A stretch of DNA of 62,664 bases, filler included, from 12 parts of 12 records of this genome joined end to end with filler, not necessarily neighbours in it; one strand, 5' to 3'; positions 23,966-35,207 are shown, numbered from the whole stretch's first letter. Numbers and translations are program-made. The notes: generated from the sequence alone by a model not told the origin.

Positions 23966-26900
23966 TCAATCCCTGTCATCAGAGATATCCATCTGCTTGC
24001 GCTCAGGGTCCCAGCTCCCTGCTTCTTCTACCTCCCCATTCTCCAACACTCGGAACGCTAGCCCAGAGTCCTTGTCCACCAAAAATTCTTCGCCATGCAT
24101 CCTCATCTTAATCTCCTCTTGGGTCTCAGCAATGATTTCGTAATCGCTCCCCGCACCTGCACCGCTCATCATTTCAGCTGCTGCGGCTGTTGTCTCGAGT
24201 TTTTTCACAGCAGCGATTAGCTTCGCGCTTTCCAACCCGGATGCGCCCACCTCTCTCCAGTCTTCCCTTCTCATTACCGCCGCAGTCGCACCGTCGACAG
24301 CGTGGCGAGTCACAGCATCAGCTACTTCAGGCAGACCAAACGCAGCGGTGATCCACTCTGAAACTGCCATCACGTCCCATTTCTCAAGTGGTAACGCCTG
24401 CTGCAGCTTTATCTCCACTGGCTGCCCCTCGCCGGGTCGACATCGCTTTGAGCAGTTCGCGCTCTGCCCTTGCACCACCAAATGATTAGTGACAACTTCT
24501 CCGACTGGCCCAGTTATCTGATGGACAGTGTGCGTCTGGTGGAAGCCAATGACCCAGTCTTGGACAATTCCACGAGAAACATCTACGCGGAATGCGTCCA
24601 CAGTTTCTCCATCCAGCGTGGCTTCAAAGACATCTGTATCGAAGGAAGTTATAGTAGCACCAGCGCCAGGGGTAATGAATCGATCTGTGGTGTTTTTGCA
24701 AATATCTTCAATATTTCGATCGCATTTCAGCTCGACGGTTTCGTCCATCGAATTTTGAATGAAAATATTGACTTGTCCCGGGTACCACGGCTGCGTTGCC
24801 TTATTGCTGACTTTGACAGGTGGCTGATTCAGATCGACCAGTGATGTCAGTGCACGCTGCGCGGCCTGCTTTGCCCTTGACTTGGCCTTTCGGCTCAACC
24901 CTGGTGCTGGGCACCATTCTTGCAGCACGGCAAGTTTGCTCGTCAAAAACGCCCTGCAGCGCAACCAATCAGTAAGTTGCATCAGCAGTCCAGCTGCCAG
25001 GGCGACAAGTCACGCGCACCTGAGGTTCTTTCGGTTTCCCACGCCATCCCACACTGTGTGAAACGTCTCTCGCATAGAAAACAACTCTTTCGGGCGGTAC
25101 AAAACGTTGCCAGTGCCAGATGCTGCAGTATGTGCCTCGGCCGAGTTTCCTCCACCGTAGTACCACAGAAAAATTTCGAAGAGAGTGCCTGACGTGATGC
25201 TTTCTGAGAGCGACCGTGATTGCTGTCCGAACCCGAAGCTCCAAACCATACGTGGGGAGTCTGCAAATTTCTCGCTGCACGCACAGCACCCAGAGGTGAG
25301 CATGGAAGCTGTAGTATACTACATGTAAAATCGACAGAAGCGCAATCGGTGAGCAGCGTTCTTAGTGGGTACTCACTGAAAGTTTCCAATCTGGACCTGA
25401 AATCCAGCCAGAATAATTGGACACACTTAGTGTTAGTAAGCTAGATTCAACATCTTGGACAATGCACATCGGATTGGCCTGCGCCATTGCAAGAGTGTAA
25501 AAGTGAGCGCACACGCACCTCTTCATGATAATCGATCACAAGTCCAGAACCTTCGCAGCGCAAGACCACACCGTCACCCAAAGAATGAACCATCTGATAG
25601 TTGGCATCCGAGTTATCGATTCGATAGAAAAGTTTGTCTTCGAGACGAGCGACATCCTCGTTCAAGTTGCCATTGAATGTCTGTACGCCAAGTTGCTTGC
25701 CCTCGTACTTGGCTGACAGGATGCGAAAGAGCGCCCTCGAAGTGTAGCGGAAACCGTGAATGAAGCCACCTGCCGATCGACGATAGTCTTTACCATGACC
25801 CAGCACGCCAGCAAAGTACATGCCTGGTACATTGACACTCTCGTACTCATTGGTCATCACCGTAAACTTGCCATTCTGCTGCATAATCGGCTTCGTTTCT
25901 TTGCTAAAGATGCTTTTATCCTGACCCCAGCCGAGACAGCGAACCACGTCATCATAGATGAGAGGGAAACTGCCCCCCTGCCGTGCCGTAAACTGAACAA
26001 ATTCGTCTATGTTGCTGTCATCAACAGCATCTGTCTTCACGTAGACTACCAGTCCGACCGAGTTATTGACCGCGAATGACGGAACTTCGCCCGTTTGCTT
26101 CTGGGTGCACAGAAATCGCTTGTCTTGGGCACCGGTACACAGTGGTAGGTCTGGATAGTCGAGGCGACCCTGGCCCGCAAAAACTGGCGACTTGACGTAC
26201 ACTGGCTGACCGAGGCTCTGCACAAAAGCAACGTCATCTTCTTGCGTGGTGTCAAACGCTGGGAGCTGGAGGACACGTATCTTGCTCCCATCTGCGAGGA
26301 GTGCCTCGTCTGTAAGAAGGATGCAGCGCTTGCGACGGCCAGGGCCGCAAGCGCGTACCTCGGAAGTACGACCGTTCGGACCGTAGTTCGCAAAACCGCC
26401 GTCAAGACTCTTGAGGAGATAGGAGTCGAGAGCTTGCGCGTTGACTGCCCGCAGGTTCCCCACATCTGCATATATTTTGTTCAAAAGCAGCAACTGCAGT
26501 GAGAAAGCAGCGAGCAAATGGGAATGGTAAACACGGTAGAAATCATCCAATTTGCGAGTGGCTCACATCTGGTCTCCCAGGCAACAATCGGCAGGGCCTT
26601 GCGCACGCTGCCAGGATACACGTGCACGAACTGCGAGTATGGAGCGATTGCGTCCGCAGTCTCGAAACCGGCGTTCCCCATACCGAAGACTGCGACGGCA
26701 CGGTTCTCATACTGTCGGCCGTCGGATGCCAGGTCTTCGTATCCTTGCACGAGGGGCCGGCCGTCGGGCGCGACCTCGTCCCAGCCCGTGGGAATGTTGG
26801 GCGAATGCAGTCCTTGCGCGATGATGGCACAGCCACAATGCAGCGTGCTGTCCTCATTGCTGTGCGCCACATTGACGTGTAGCTTAAAGCGGTGAGGCCC

Positions 26901-27359
26901 ATCGCGTGTGATCTTCGTGACTGCTGTGCCGTAGGCGATACGACCACTGTCCTCTTGCTCAGCAGCAAAATCTCGCAAGTAGTCCACGAGCACGTCAGCG
27001 TGGGGGAATCTCTCTTCCGTTCTGTTTGTCATCTCAAGCACGTTCGTGTCCAACAGCGAGTTCCAGTCGTGACGCATGTTGAACATCGTGTCCGCGCGCC
27101 CGGTAAACCGTTTGTTGATCGAGATCAGCTTCCGGTGCCGTGGGTAAGACTCATAGAACGATCCCGGCGTCCGTTCCTTTTCCAAAATCACATAGTCCAT
27201 GGAAGCATGGGCCATGTACTGCCCCAGCTGCAGCCCTCCTGGCCCCGCACCCACAATGCAGTACCGGTAGTAGTTACGCAGATGGGTCGTCGGCGGCTCC
27301 GTGCCGATGACGACCACCACAGACGCCGCGAGCGCTACTGCAATTCTGCAGCCATCCAT
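23966..27359 (-). CDS. FOXRED2: FOXRED2-like FAD-dependent oxidoreductase with C-terminal beta domain, SAM domain and extra C-terminal module; 5 exons
   Basis: Signal peptide; YCIVGAGPGGLQLG; YPRHRKLISINKRFTG; FNMRHDWNSLL; GMGNAGFETA; RCLGW; SAGGFIHGFRYTSRAL. Introns 26566-26466 (restores WETRYVGNLRAVN), 25518-25397, 25376-25275 and 25019-24954 give one continuous frame into ORF 23966-24982. Confidence 0.85.
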
Positions 27360-27783
27360 CCTCCAAGGCATCCCGCTGCGAGGGAGAGCCCTCTAGCTAG
27401 AGGCTGCTGACACAGGCTCCGTATGACTAGAGCCGAATTATATAGGTTACTGAGTGCGTGCGCGTGGCAACCGCGGCGACCGCCTGCGTGCCACTGCGCG
27501 TGCCGTTCACCGCGTAGCGGCGACCCGCGAGTACCGACCCGAACGGGTACCCCGGGGTACCGGCCGCGCCGGTCGCGGCGCCGCCGCGGCCACGGCCGGC
27601 CACCCAATTGTACATGTACAATTGTACGCGATACTAGTACAGACTCGAGACTGTCTCTTCAGACTGCGCATCGAGCGCGGACGCGACGCGCACGCGTGAC
27701 GCGCCAGGTCGCACCCTCGGCCGATGGCGTCAGCGCTCCGGCTCAGGGTGTCGAATGGATCTATTTTTCATCCGAAATGATTT

Positions 27784-27883
27784 NNNNNNNNNNNNNNNNN
27801 NNNNNNNNNNNNNNNNNNNNNNNNNNNTTAATTAATTAANNNNNNNNNNNNNNNNNNNNNNNNNNNNNNNNNNNNNNNNNNNN
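27784..27883. other. Artificial contig spacer
   Basis: N44-TTAATTAATTAA-N44. Confidence 0.99.
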
Positions 27884-28090
27884 CCAGTGAGTATTCAATA
27901 CTGGATACAAAACCTCCGCTGCGGAGGTTTTGGGAATCTATGAAATCGGCCAGCTGCAACCAGGACTGTGGACTGGGGTACATATATATATGCGCGGAAC
28001 CCAACTGCATGCATCATGCATGCAGAATGCAGTACCAGTACGTACAGTGGCGTGTTGTGCGTGCGCGTCGGTGCGCGCGTGTGTTCAGCG

Positions 28091-29306
28091 ATGCTAGCGC
28101 TAGGACTGCTGGCAGTGTCCGTTGGATCGCGTGCAATGGTCCCCCCAAATACTTCACTGCACACGCTTCCAGTCGGATACTTTGGCGGCTCGGCCACGGC
28201 ACCACGCCCACCAGCCGACCTCCTTACGCTAGCCAAGATGCGTGAGTCCCTGCTCTAAGCAGCTGCACCGTGCCTCGCTGCTGCCTCGCTGACTCGCAGC
28301 TGGGCTCACTGCGTCGCTTGGACCAGGCGTGGCCGTGATTGAGAAATGGGAGGGGCCGTGCTGGTCCCAGTGCGTGCAGAATAAGACAAAGGGAGTACCC
28401 TGCGAGCCTTCCTGTGACACTGCCTCCTACCAGCTCGCAACCATTCGAGCGATCAAGGCCATCAACCCACGCGTGTCGACCGTGTTCTACCTCAACACAC
28501 TCTACGACTTCGAGACTTATCACCTATACGGCGAGCTGGAAGCTGCAGGCGGCAACATGAGGGACGTATATGGCCGTCAGGTCGGGCTCGAACAGGATGG
28601 GGGGATGCCCGCTTGTCCTGTCTACGACTTCGCAAACTCCAGCGTTGTTGATCGCTTTCTGTCCTATCACAAGGCACTGGTAGCCACCGGGCTGGTCGAT
28701 GGAACCTTCCCTGACAAGTCCAACGCCTTTGCGATGAGGAACGCAAGCCTTTGGCAGATCTGCGAATCGCCACATGGCGCGACTCCCGGAGGTAGCCATG
28801 CCTGGGCCGATATGTGCGCGGTCATCTCACCAGAACAGGCAAATGACTACAACGTTGGGCGGGAGCGTGTGCTCGACGGGCTCTTCGATATTTACGGTGC
28901 GGACGGAACCGTATGGAGCAACCAGACCGATCACATAAGCATCAAAGGAAGGACGAGCCCCGCCGATTTTATCGCACTGGTTAACGAACGTTTTGCCGCG
29001 GGACCACATGGCGGTTATCGGTACGTGTACGTAATGGTTGGGGACGATGGAACGCGTAGCCCCCTCGTATCGACTTGTACGGACACTATCTTGGCAATGT
29101 TCATGCTTGCATTGCGTCCTGGCATGATCCTTGGCTGCAACGGATGGGAGGAGCGATTCGACCTGCCACTCGGTGACCCGCTCTCACCAGCACTCAGCAG
29201 CTCGAACGGCATCTGGCGCCGCAGTTTTGCACGGGGCGCCTCAGTAAGATTCAATGAGAGTTCACAAGAAGGTGTGCTTTCGTGGCCGGACGCCATGGGA
29301 CGGTAG
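28091..29306 (+). CDS. Secreted putative glycoside hydrolase (GHL15-like TIM barrel); 2 exons
   Basis: Signal peptide MLALGLLAVSVG. Intron 28242-28326 joins LAKMR to VAVIEKWEG. Motifs IKAINPRVSTVFYLN, VDGTFPD and PLGDPL...WRRSFARGASVRF...W recall the GHL15-like family common in marine protists. Confidence 0.65.
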
Positions 29307-29460
29307 CAAAACAATGCAGCTCACATTAGGCAAGATCGTTTGGTTTGATGCTCGAAGCCGCGGGGTGCACACATGGGATGTCGACAAGTGAACGTCACAG
29401 TTGCTCGGAAATGCGATCGTAATTATTTTTATTGCTTGCGCGCGACAGCGCAATTTGCCA

Positions 29461-31569
29461 TCAGTTGCGCACAATCTGCCTAGCCTCCTCAAACAGCCTC
29501 ACCCAATCGCCATCGGCAGCAGCTGTTGGATCTACGCACAGATCGAACCTCAACCCTCTCGCATTCTCAGGCATCTGCACCGCTTTTAGCAACACAGTCG
29601 CTAGATCACCCCGTGACATCGTCCGGTGCGTGATGTACTCGTCATCGTGTGATGCGACTAACATGTGCTGCCCGTGACTTTCTGAAAGCGTGGGATCGAG
29701 TCCGCACGGTTTCACAATGGTATAGATGTCAATGCCCGATCCCATCAGAAAGACCTCTGCTTGCAGCTTGTAGAAGAGCGAGTGACCACCTCCCATCAGA
29801 TCCAACGCAGAGTCTGGCTCCGTCGTTCCCTTGGAGCTTACCAGGACCACCTGCTGAACGCCAGCTGCTACGGCAGTCTTGACAAGATTTTTGCAGCCAA
29901 GCCAGTCTACCTCTCGTGGGGAGCCACCCGGAGCGTAGTGCAGGTTTGCTGCGAATCCACCAGGCAACGGTGGGTCGCCGTCTACGGCTCCTGGTGCTCC
30001 TGGCAGTGGCACGCTCGAAGTAAGAATGACCAGTATGTCAACGCCACGCATTGGTGCACTCAAGCTGTCGATGTCTGTCACGTCGCCGATGAACGCGCCA
30101 TCAGTCTCTGCGCACGCCCCGCAGCCGAGCACTTCGCCGGCTTTGCTGCGGCTCCGGATCAGTGCTCGCACATTGTACCCGGCGTCTACCAGCTTGGAAT
30201 AGACCAATCGGCCAGTTCGACCGGTTGCGCCAGTGAGCAGCACCGTCTTCCTCCGCACGATTGCGTCAACCGGGGATGGCTGTATCAATTCGAAGACTAG
30301 ACCACCTGGCGCCATCATCAGTAGACTCTCGCTGCGGTCATGGCTCTCACGCCGAAACGGCTGCCCAGCATGCGAGAGCGACGCCACAAATGGATCTAAA
30401 TCGCTCACTTCAAACCCAACTCGGTTGTTCATCCATTGATTATGCTGGCTCATATCACTGTGGATGGATTCTAGGAACACCTCCTGGTGCACCACTGTGC
30501 GTGATCCTTCGAGCTTGAAGTACTGGTGGACAAAGTGCATGGCAAACGCGTAGCCAGGGCCAGGAAGATCTCCTTCAAATTCCACCCACTTCAACAGTCC
30601 ACACGCGCCGTCGCCGTGCATGTGTTGTGCTTCAAATGCAGGTCGAGTTGCAATAGCTGGCGTATGGGCCAGCATAAACGCTTGCTGTGCTGCTGGGCGT
30701 GTGGATGGAAATGCATGATGAGCCGGCCGCATTTGCGGCAGTAATCCTCGCGCAGCCGAGGTCCGACTCTGTCGCACAACTGTGCTGGTGTTAAGTCTCT
30801 GCCGCGGTCCCGCTTGCAAAGCAACAATCGTCTGTTCGTCTGTGCGACGACAAAACAAAAACGGTTCCGTCCACGCTACTGACATAGCTCGTCCAAGCAC
30901 CTGAAAAACCAATCCACCCGGGACTTCCACGTAAAGGCTTGTCGAGCGCGTGATAAACTCAATCCCTTCGGCCAGCAGCAGTTCAGCGACTGGATCGGGC
31001 GTGTCCACATGCAGACATAGATGCCAATCTTGCCACCAGTCCCACTGATCTTCCAACTCGAAGTGGTGCAAGGCTTGCCGATCGCGCTCCCAGTCTGCGA
31101 TGGAGAATCCCCCATCTGGCACTGCAGGGTCCTCGGAGATAAAGTACACGTCGTGCGAAGAAGACACCGCATCATTTCCATACGGAAACCGTACTCCCCG
31201 AACGATGGCTCTTTGCCCGACTTGTCGGTGGACGATATACTCGCTGGGTTCGAGTGGCGTGGCGCCGAGGTAGCGCCGCACAAACGCAGCTGAGGCCTCT
31301 GGATCGGTGACCGCAAAAGACGTGAAGCGATAGCGCATTGGTGGAAGCAGCTGCGCCTGTCGCCGACCCTCCACCTCGTCCGGCTGCGCTGGCTGCTGCT
31401 GTCGCCAAGATTCATCGATCGGGGGCTGCATGGGTGCACGTATGCCACCCGAGAACAGCGTCGCAGCCAGAAGCAAGTTCGTCAGGGTCGACAGCGTCAG
31501 CACAGCTCCCGCCGCGCAGCACAGCCTGCGGCCACCTACCATCCCAGCAGCCGCACCGGGGCTCTCCAT
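29461..31569 (-). CDS. Membrane-anchored fusion: glyoxalase/VOC-like repeats plus atypical SDR (NAD(P)-binding, At5g02240/SDR_a5-like)
   Basis: Single long ORF. TM segment AVLTLSTLTNLLLAATLF; VOC-like motifs FAVTDPEASAAFVRRYLGA and GFEVSDLDPFVASL...PGGLVFELI; Rossmann VLLTGATGRTGRLV; EVDWLGCKNLV; YKLQAEVFLMGSG...YTIVKPCGL. The start may instead be the ATG at 31587. Confidence 0.8.
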   Translation of the reverse strand: MESPGAAAGMVGGRRLCCAAGAVLTLSTLTNLLLAATLFSGGIRAPMQPPIDESWRQQQPAQPDEVEGRRQAQLLPPMRYRFTSFAVTDPEASAAFVRRYLGATPLEPSEYIVHRQVGQRAIVRGVRFPYGNDAVSSSHDVYFISEDPAVPDGGFSIADWERDRQALHHFELEDQWDWWQDWHLCLHVDTPDPVAELLLAEGIEFITRSTSLYVEVPGGLVFQVLGRAMSVAWTEPFLFCRRTDEQTIVALQAGPRQRLNTSTVVRQSRTSAARGLLPQMRPAHHAFPSTRPAAQQAFMLAHTPAIATRPAFEAQHMHGDGACGLLKWVEFEGDLPGPGYAFAMHFVHQYFKLEGSRTVVHQEVFLESIHSDMSQHNQWMNNRVGFEVSDLDPFVASLSHAGQPFRRESHDRSESLLMMAPGGLVFELIQPSPVDAIVRRKTVLLTGATGRTGRLVYSKLVDAGYNVRALIRSRSKAGEVLGCGACAETDGAFIGDVTDIDSLSAPMRGVDILVILTSSVPLPGAPGAVDGDPPLPGGFAANLHYAPGGSPREVDWLGCKNLVKTAVAAGVQQVVLVSSKGTTEPDSALDLMGGGHSLFYKLQAEVFLMGSGIDIYTIVKPCGLDPTLSESHGQHMLVASHDDEYITHRTMSRGDLATVLLKAVQMPENARGLRFDLCVDPTAAADGDWVRLFEEARQIVRN

Positions 31570-31880
31570 GGGCGTGTATTGCGTCATTCGCACCGCAATG
31601 TATTCCGTATACCGGGCACGTGCGTTCAATCCTCCTTCACAACGGGTGCCGTGGTCAGGCAGCGTCAGGTATACTAGTAGTACGCGAGGAGGCCGGAGCA
31701 TCCGATGCGAATGATTCAATGCAAACGTGAAACGATTCTCAGATCGAAATTGAAGTTGGACAACCACACATGATCCGGAGAAAGTCGTATTGATGCATTG
31801 CGTTGTTTCGACTTCTCAATATTGTACCCAATATTCTGAGCCTAGGAATTCCTAGTAGCCCTGTAGTTTCTACTAGTTTG

Positions 31881-31980
31881 NNNNNNNNNNNNNNNNNNNN
31901 NNNNNNNNNNNNNNNNNNNNNNNNTTAATTAATTAANNNNNNNNNNNNNNNNNNNNNNNNNNNNNNNNNNNNNNNNNNNN
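31881..31980. other. Artificial contig spacer
   Basis: N44-TTAATTAATTAA-N44. Confidence 0.99.
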
Positions 31981-31981
31981 G

Positions 31982-33871
31982 CCAGAGCCAGAGCCAGAGC
32001 CAGAGCCACAACATGTAGGTGATATCGGCCCACTACAGCCTTCCACGTGGCGTGAAAGAAGACGACGCCGTGAACGCGAAGCCCTACTGCTTCAGAAAGA
32101 AGCGTTTCGAGCTGGCTCCTGGTGGACTCTCGCCGGAAGTGTGCGAGCTCTTAATATGGACGATGAGCTTCCGGCGCCTGGATCAGGGGTGGTTGCAGCG
32201 CGTAGACGTCGCCGCCAAACAGTAGGTGTCCCTAGTACCACAGCAGGTCAGGCACAGATGGCGGAGGCGCAGACATCGGTAGATGAGCGAGAGCTCTTCA
32301 AACTTGTGCGCCGACATGCCCCACATGGAGCCGAGGACCACAATGGATTGCTAGCTCTACTGCAGCTACTCGTTGCAGTTCGCACTGCAGCACGACTTGG
32401 GGCATCATCCAGCTACATGGACATGGATTATGAGAAAGGCAAAGCATTATTTGCTGTCGAATTGAATGCCGTCAATCGAGAGCTTTCGGAGCTGTCAAAC
32501 GCAGCTGATTCAGATGAAGGATACCCCTCCGCTGTTCGACAGTTTGCACGTGGGAGTGCCACAGAGTTGCTTGCTGTGCGCAGTCGACTATCCAGGTCGA
32601 CGTTTGGCAGTGCCGATCCAGATAATAGCCGCGTTGCTTCCCAGTTGTGCAAGGAACTGGCCGATGGGCTTGTGGACCCGTCGATTCACCAGCAGCTGCT
32701 CGATTCGCTATCTGTGCGCAAACAGTCGTATCAAGATGATGGTGATATCCCGAATCATGATGTCCAGGATGCTGCCAACTCTGGCATAGACACTGTTTGG
32801 AGAGCACAGGCGTTGCAGCTAGCTGACCGGGTTGCGCAGCTGGAGGCAGAGAAGGTTGAGAGTACTAAGCGCGATGCCAGACAAGGGCTAGAGTCGGACT
32901 CAGGCTCAGAGTCGGACTCGCTATCGGACTCGCAGTCGGAAACAGAAGCTCCGGCAGAGATGAAAATGGCAAATATCTCATCAGCAATGGGGCCGAAGAA
33001 CGACAAGGCCGCCCCTGAGCCATTGCCACCCGCCACCATCAAAAGGCTAGAGGAGCAATTAGAGACAGCGCAGAAGCAGCTAAAGCTAGAGCAAGACCTT
33101 CGCAAGGCTGCTGAACATGCATTGCAAGAAGCAGTTCGCGCACGTGCAGATGCTCGGACTGCGCACAGAAGTATGGCAGCTGAACTGCAGCAAGTTGAAG
33201 CAAAGCAAGAGGAGCTGCAACGCAAGTTAGCCGCCGACGACCGATGGTTGCGTGAGAAGGATGCACGGGAGAGGGCTGAGGAGAAAGTTGACGAACTGGT
33301 GTTTTTGCTTTCGCGCGCAAACCTGGAGGCCGATACGGCGAAGCATGAGTTGAGTGCATGCAAGGCACAGATGCAGATACTCGAGTTCAATCAGACGACG
33401 AGTACATCTGCGAAAGCACGTGCCGATTCATCTTTGGACAGATGTGAGCGGGACCTTGCAGATGCGCATCAACAGCAAGTGGAATTGCAGAAACGAAACG
33501 AAGAATTGCTTAGCGCGCTCGAGAAGATTCGCCAAGAAAATATCGCGTTAGACGGAAAGTTGCAGGTCAGCATGAGGCAGGCAACTGATATGGACGCGCG
33601 GCTCGACTCTGTCAAAGTGGAGTTACAGCAGGTGAAGCGAGACAGCGCGCGAGAGCGGGCATCTCTTGACAAGGCAACCCGGGACGCACTCCTAAAGAGC
33701 TCCGAGCGAGAGGCCGAGTTTGCCAGAGTTGTGCAGCAACAGCAGCACTACATTGAAGATCTCGAGGGCCGGGCAGCCGACGCGAAATTAGCGCCGACAT
33801 TTGACGAGCGTGAGCGACAGGAGCTCATTGCAGCAAATGCGGCCCTGCGGGCAGAACTCGACGCAGGCTAA
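31982..33871 (+). CDS. Long coiled-coil protein with (PE)n repeat, 5'-partial
   Basis: The frame is open from the contig edge: (CCAGAG)n encodes PEPEPEPEP and is in frame with ORF 32141-33871. The C-terminal half is heptad-rich (E/Q/A/L/K/R). Confidence 0.7.
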   Translation, partial: PEPEPEPEPQHVGDIGPLQPSTWRERRRRREREALLLQKEAFRAGSWWTLAGSVRALNMDDELPAPGSGVVAARRRRRQTVGVPSTTAGQAQMAEAQTSVDERELFKLVRRHAPHGAEDHNGLLALLQLLVAVRTAARLGASSSYMDMDYEKGKALFAVELNAVNRELSELSNAADSDEGYPSAVRQFARGSATELLAVRSRLSRSTFGSADPDNSRVASQLCKELADGLVDPSIHQQLLDSLSVRKQSYQDDGDIPNHDVQDAANSGIDTVWRAQALQLADRVAQLEAEKVESTKRDARQGLESDSGSESDSLSDSQSETEAPAEMKMANISSAMGPKNDKAAPEPLPPATIKRLEEQLETAQKQLKLEQDLRKAAEHALQEAVRARADARTAHRSMAAELQQVEAKQEELQRKLAADDRWLREKDARERAEEKVDELVFLLSRANLEADTAKHELSACKAQMQILEFNQTTSTSAKARADSSLDRCERDLADAHQQQVELQKRNEELLSALEKIRQENIALDGKLQVSMRQATDMDARLDSVKVELQQVKRDSARERASLDKATRDALLKSSEREAEFARVVQQQQHYIEDLEGRAADAKLAPTFDERERQELIAANAALRAELDAG

Positions 33872-33939
33872 CCATTTGGCAGCTCATGTGGGCTGGGTAG
33901 CAGCTGGAGTTATGGTACGAAGTACATTGGTGCTCATAC

Positions 33940-34888
33940 TCATACTTGCTGCACGGGCGGTGCGTTCGGGTCTGCCCCCTTTCTGATGGTTCTGAGCTGG
34001 GATCGCTTCAGCTTCTTCAGCTTCATCGGGTTTTTCACTACCTGGACAACAACTGACTTTTCTCGGTTCATCGCCTTCTGCTTGCGCTTGTTCTCACGCT
34101 CCAGTCTCTGTCGGTCAATTTGTTCATTTCGCTTGTCGCGCATTTGCTTCTGCATTTCCTGCATTGCCTGCTTCTCGCGCTTCTTCTGCATCTTGTGCTC
34201 CCAGGTCGTGCGCAACTGTGGCACTGCATTGTTCGCCGATGACCTACGGTTGGTGCGCGACCACACAGTTTCAGCATTGCTGTACGTGCCCAACAGATCA
34301 CGCCGCAATCGCTGCGCGCGGCTAAGATCACGGCGCTAGTGAGGGATAGCGGGGCACTCACCGTTTAGTCTTGACCTGTCTCCATTTCCTGCCTGATTTG
34401 GTGATTCCCGGCCGGTTCAGTTTGACCTTGCGGGAATGCGGGTCGGACGCCGGCCTCACGACCGCGCCGAAAAACTCGTGCGTGCCCGAATCGCGCGCCA
34501 ACCGTTGGGTGCCGGGGATTTTTGTCGAGCCTTCACCGGGACGAACGCCTTCGCGTGTTGGCACACGCTTTGACGATGCGGGTACGCTACCGGCAGGCAG
34601 CACGCCGCCGAACTTGACGTCGAGGTCTTCGGCTGTGGCGTCGTCGGCAGCATTGGCGGCGCTGATATCATCGCTAGGTGTGGGCTCCTCTATCGCAACC
34701 AGTGCAGCAGCCACCTCCTCTTCCACTGGATCCGGCCCCTTCGCTACGACCTCGCCCTGCTGTTCCCGTGCCAGCGCGTCCTCCAGCGCCGCCACGAGCA
34801 CCGCCTTCTTGCCTTTGATGCTGATCCCGCGGCTGGTCAGCTCTGCCTTGAGCTCCACCACCTTGAGCTTGGCCGGTTCCAACGCCAT
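33940..34888 (-). CDS. CCDC86: SAP domain fused to Cgr1/CCDC86-family nucleolar protein; 2 exons
   Basis: SAP motif AKLKVVELKAELTSRGISIKGKKAVLVAALEDAL. Intron 34361-34244 restores KSGRKWRQVKTKRSS...LRTTWEHKM. C-terminal NREKSVVVQVVKNPMKLKKLKRSQLRTI is typical of CCDC86. Confidence 0.8.
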
Positions 34889-35207
34889 TGCCCCTGCTGT
34901 GCAGCGACACGCAGCCCTCACGCAGCCCTTGACGGTGAGCGCGGTGGGCTCAGCTAGCGCGGTTGGGCTCAGGCAGCGGCTCCGCAGACACCTCACACAG
35001 CCGTCCACGGGGAGCCAACGACGTTGACGGGTCGCGACGGCCGGCGGTCAATCGAAAGCGCCGGAGTGTACACATGTATAAACCAATAATTGCATCCGGA
35101 CAAGTCACTCATTATGTGACTCAAGACTCATGATCGATCAACAGAATTTTCGTAACCCCCGGCCCAGCAGGCGGTCGGCAATGCAATGCAATGTAAGGCT
35201 TTATTTG

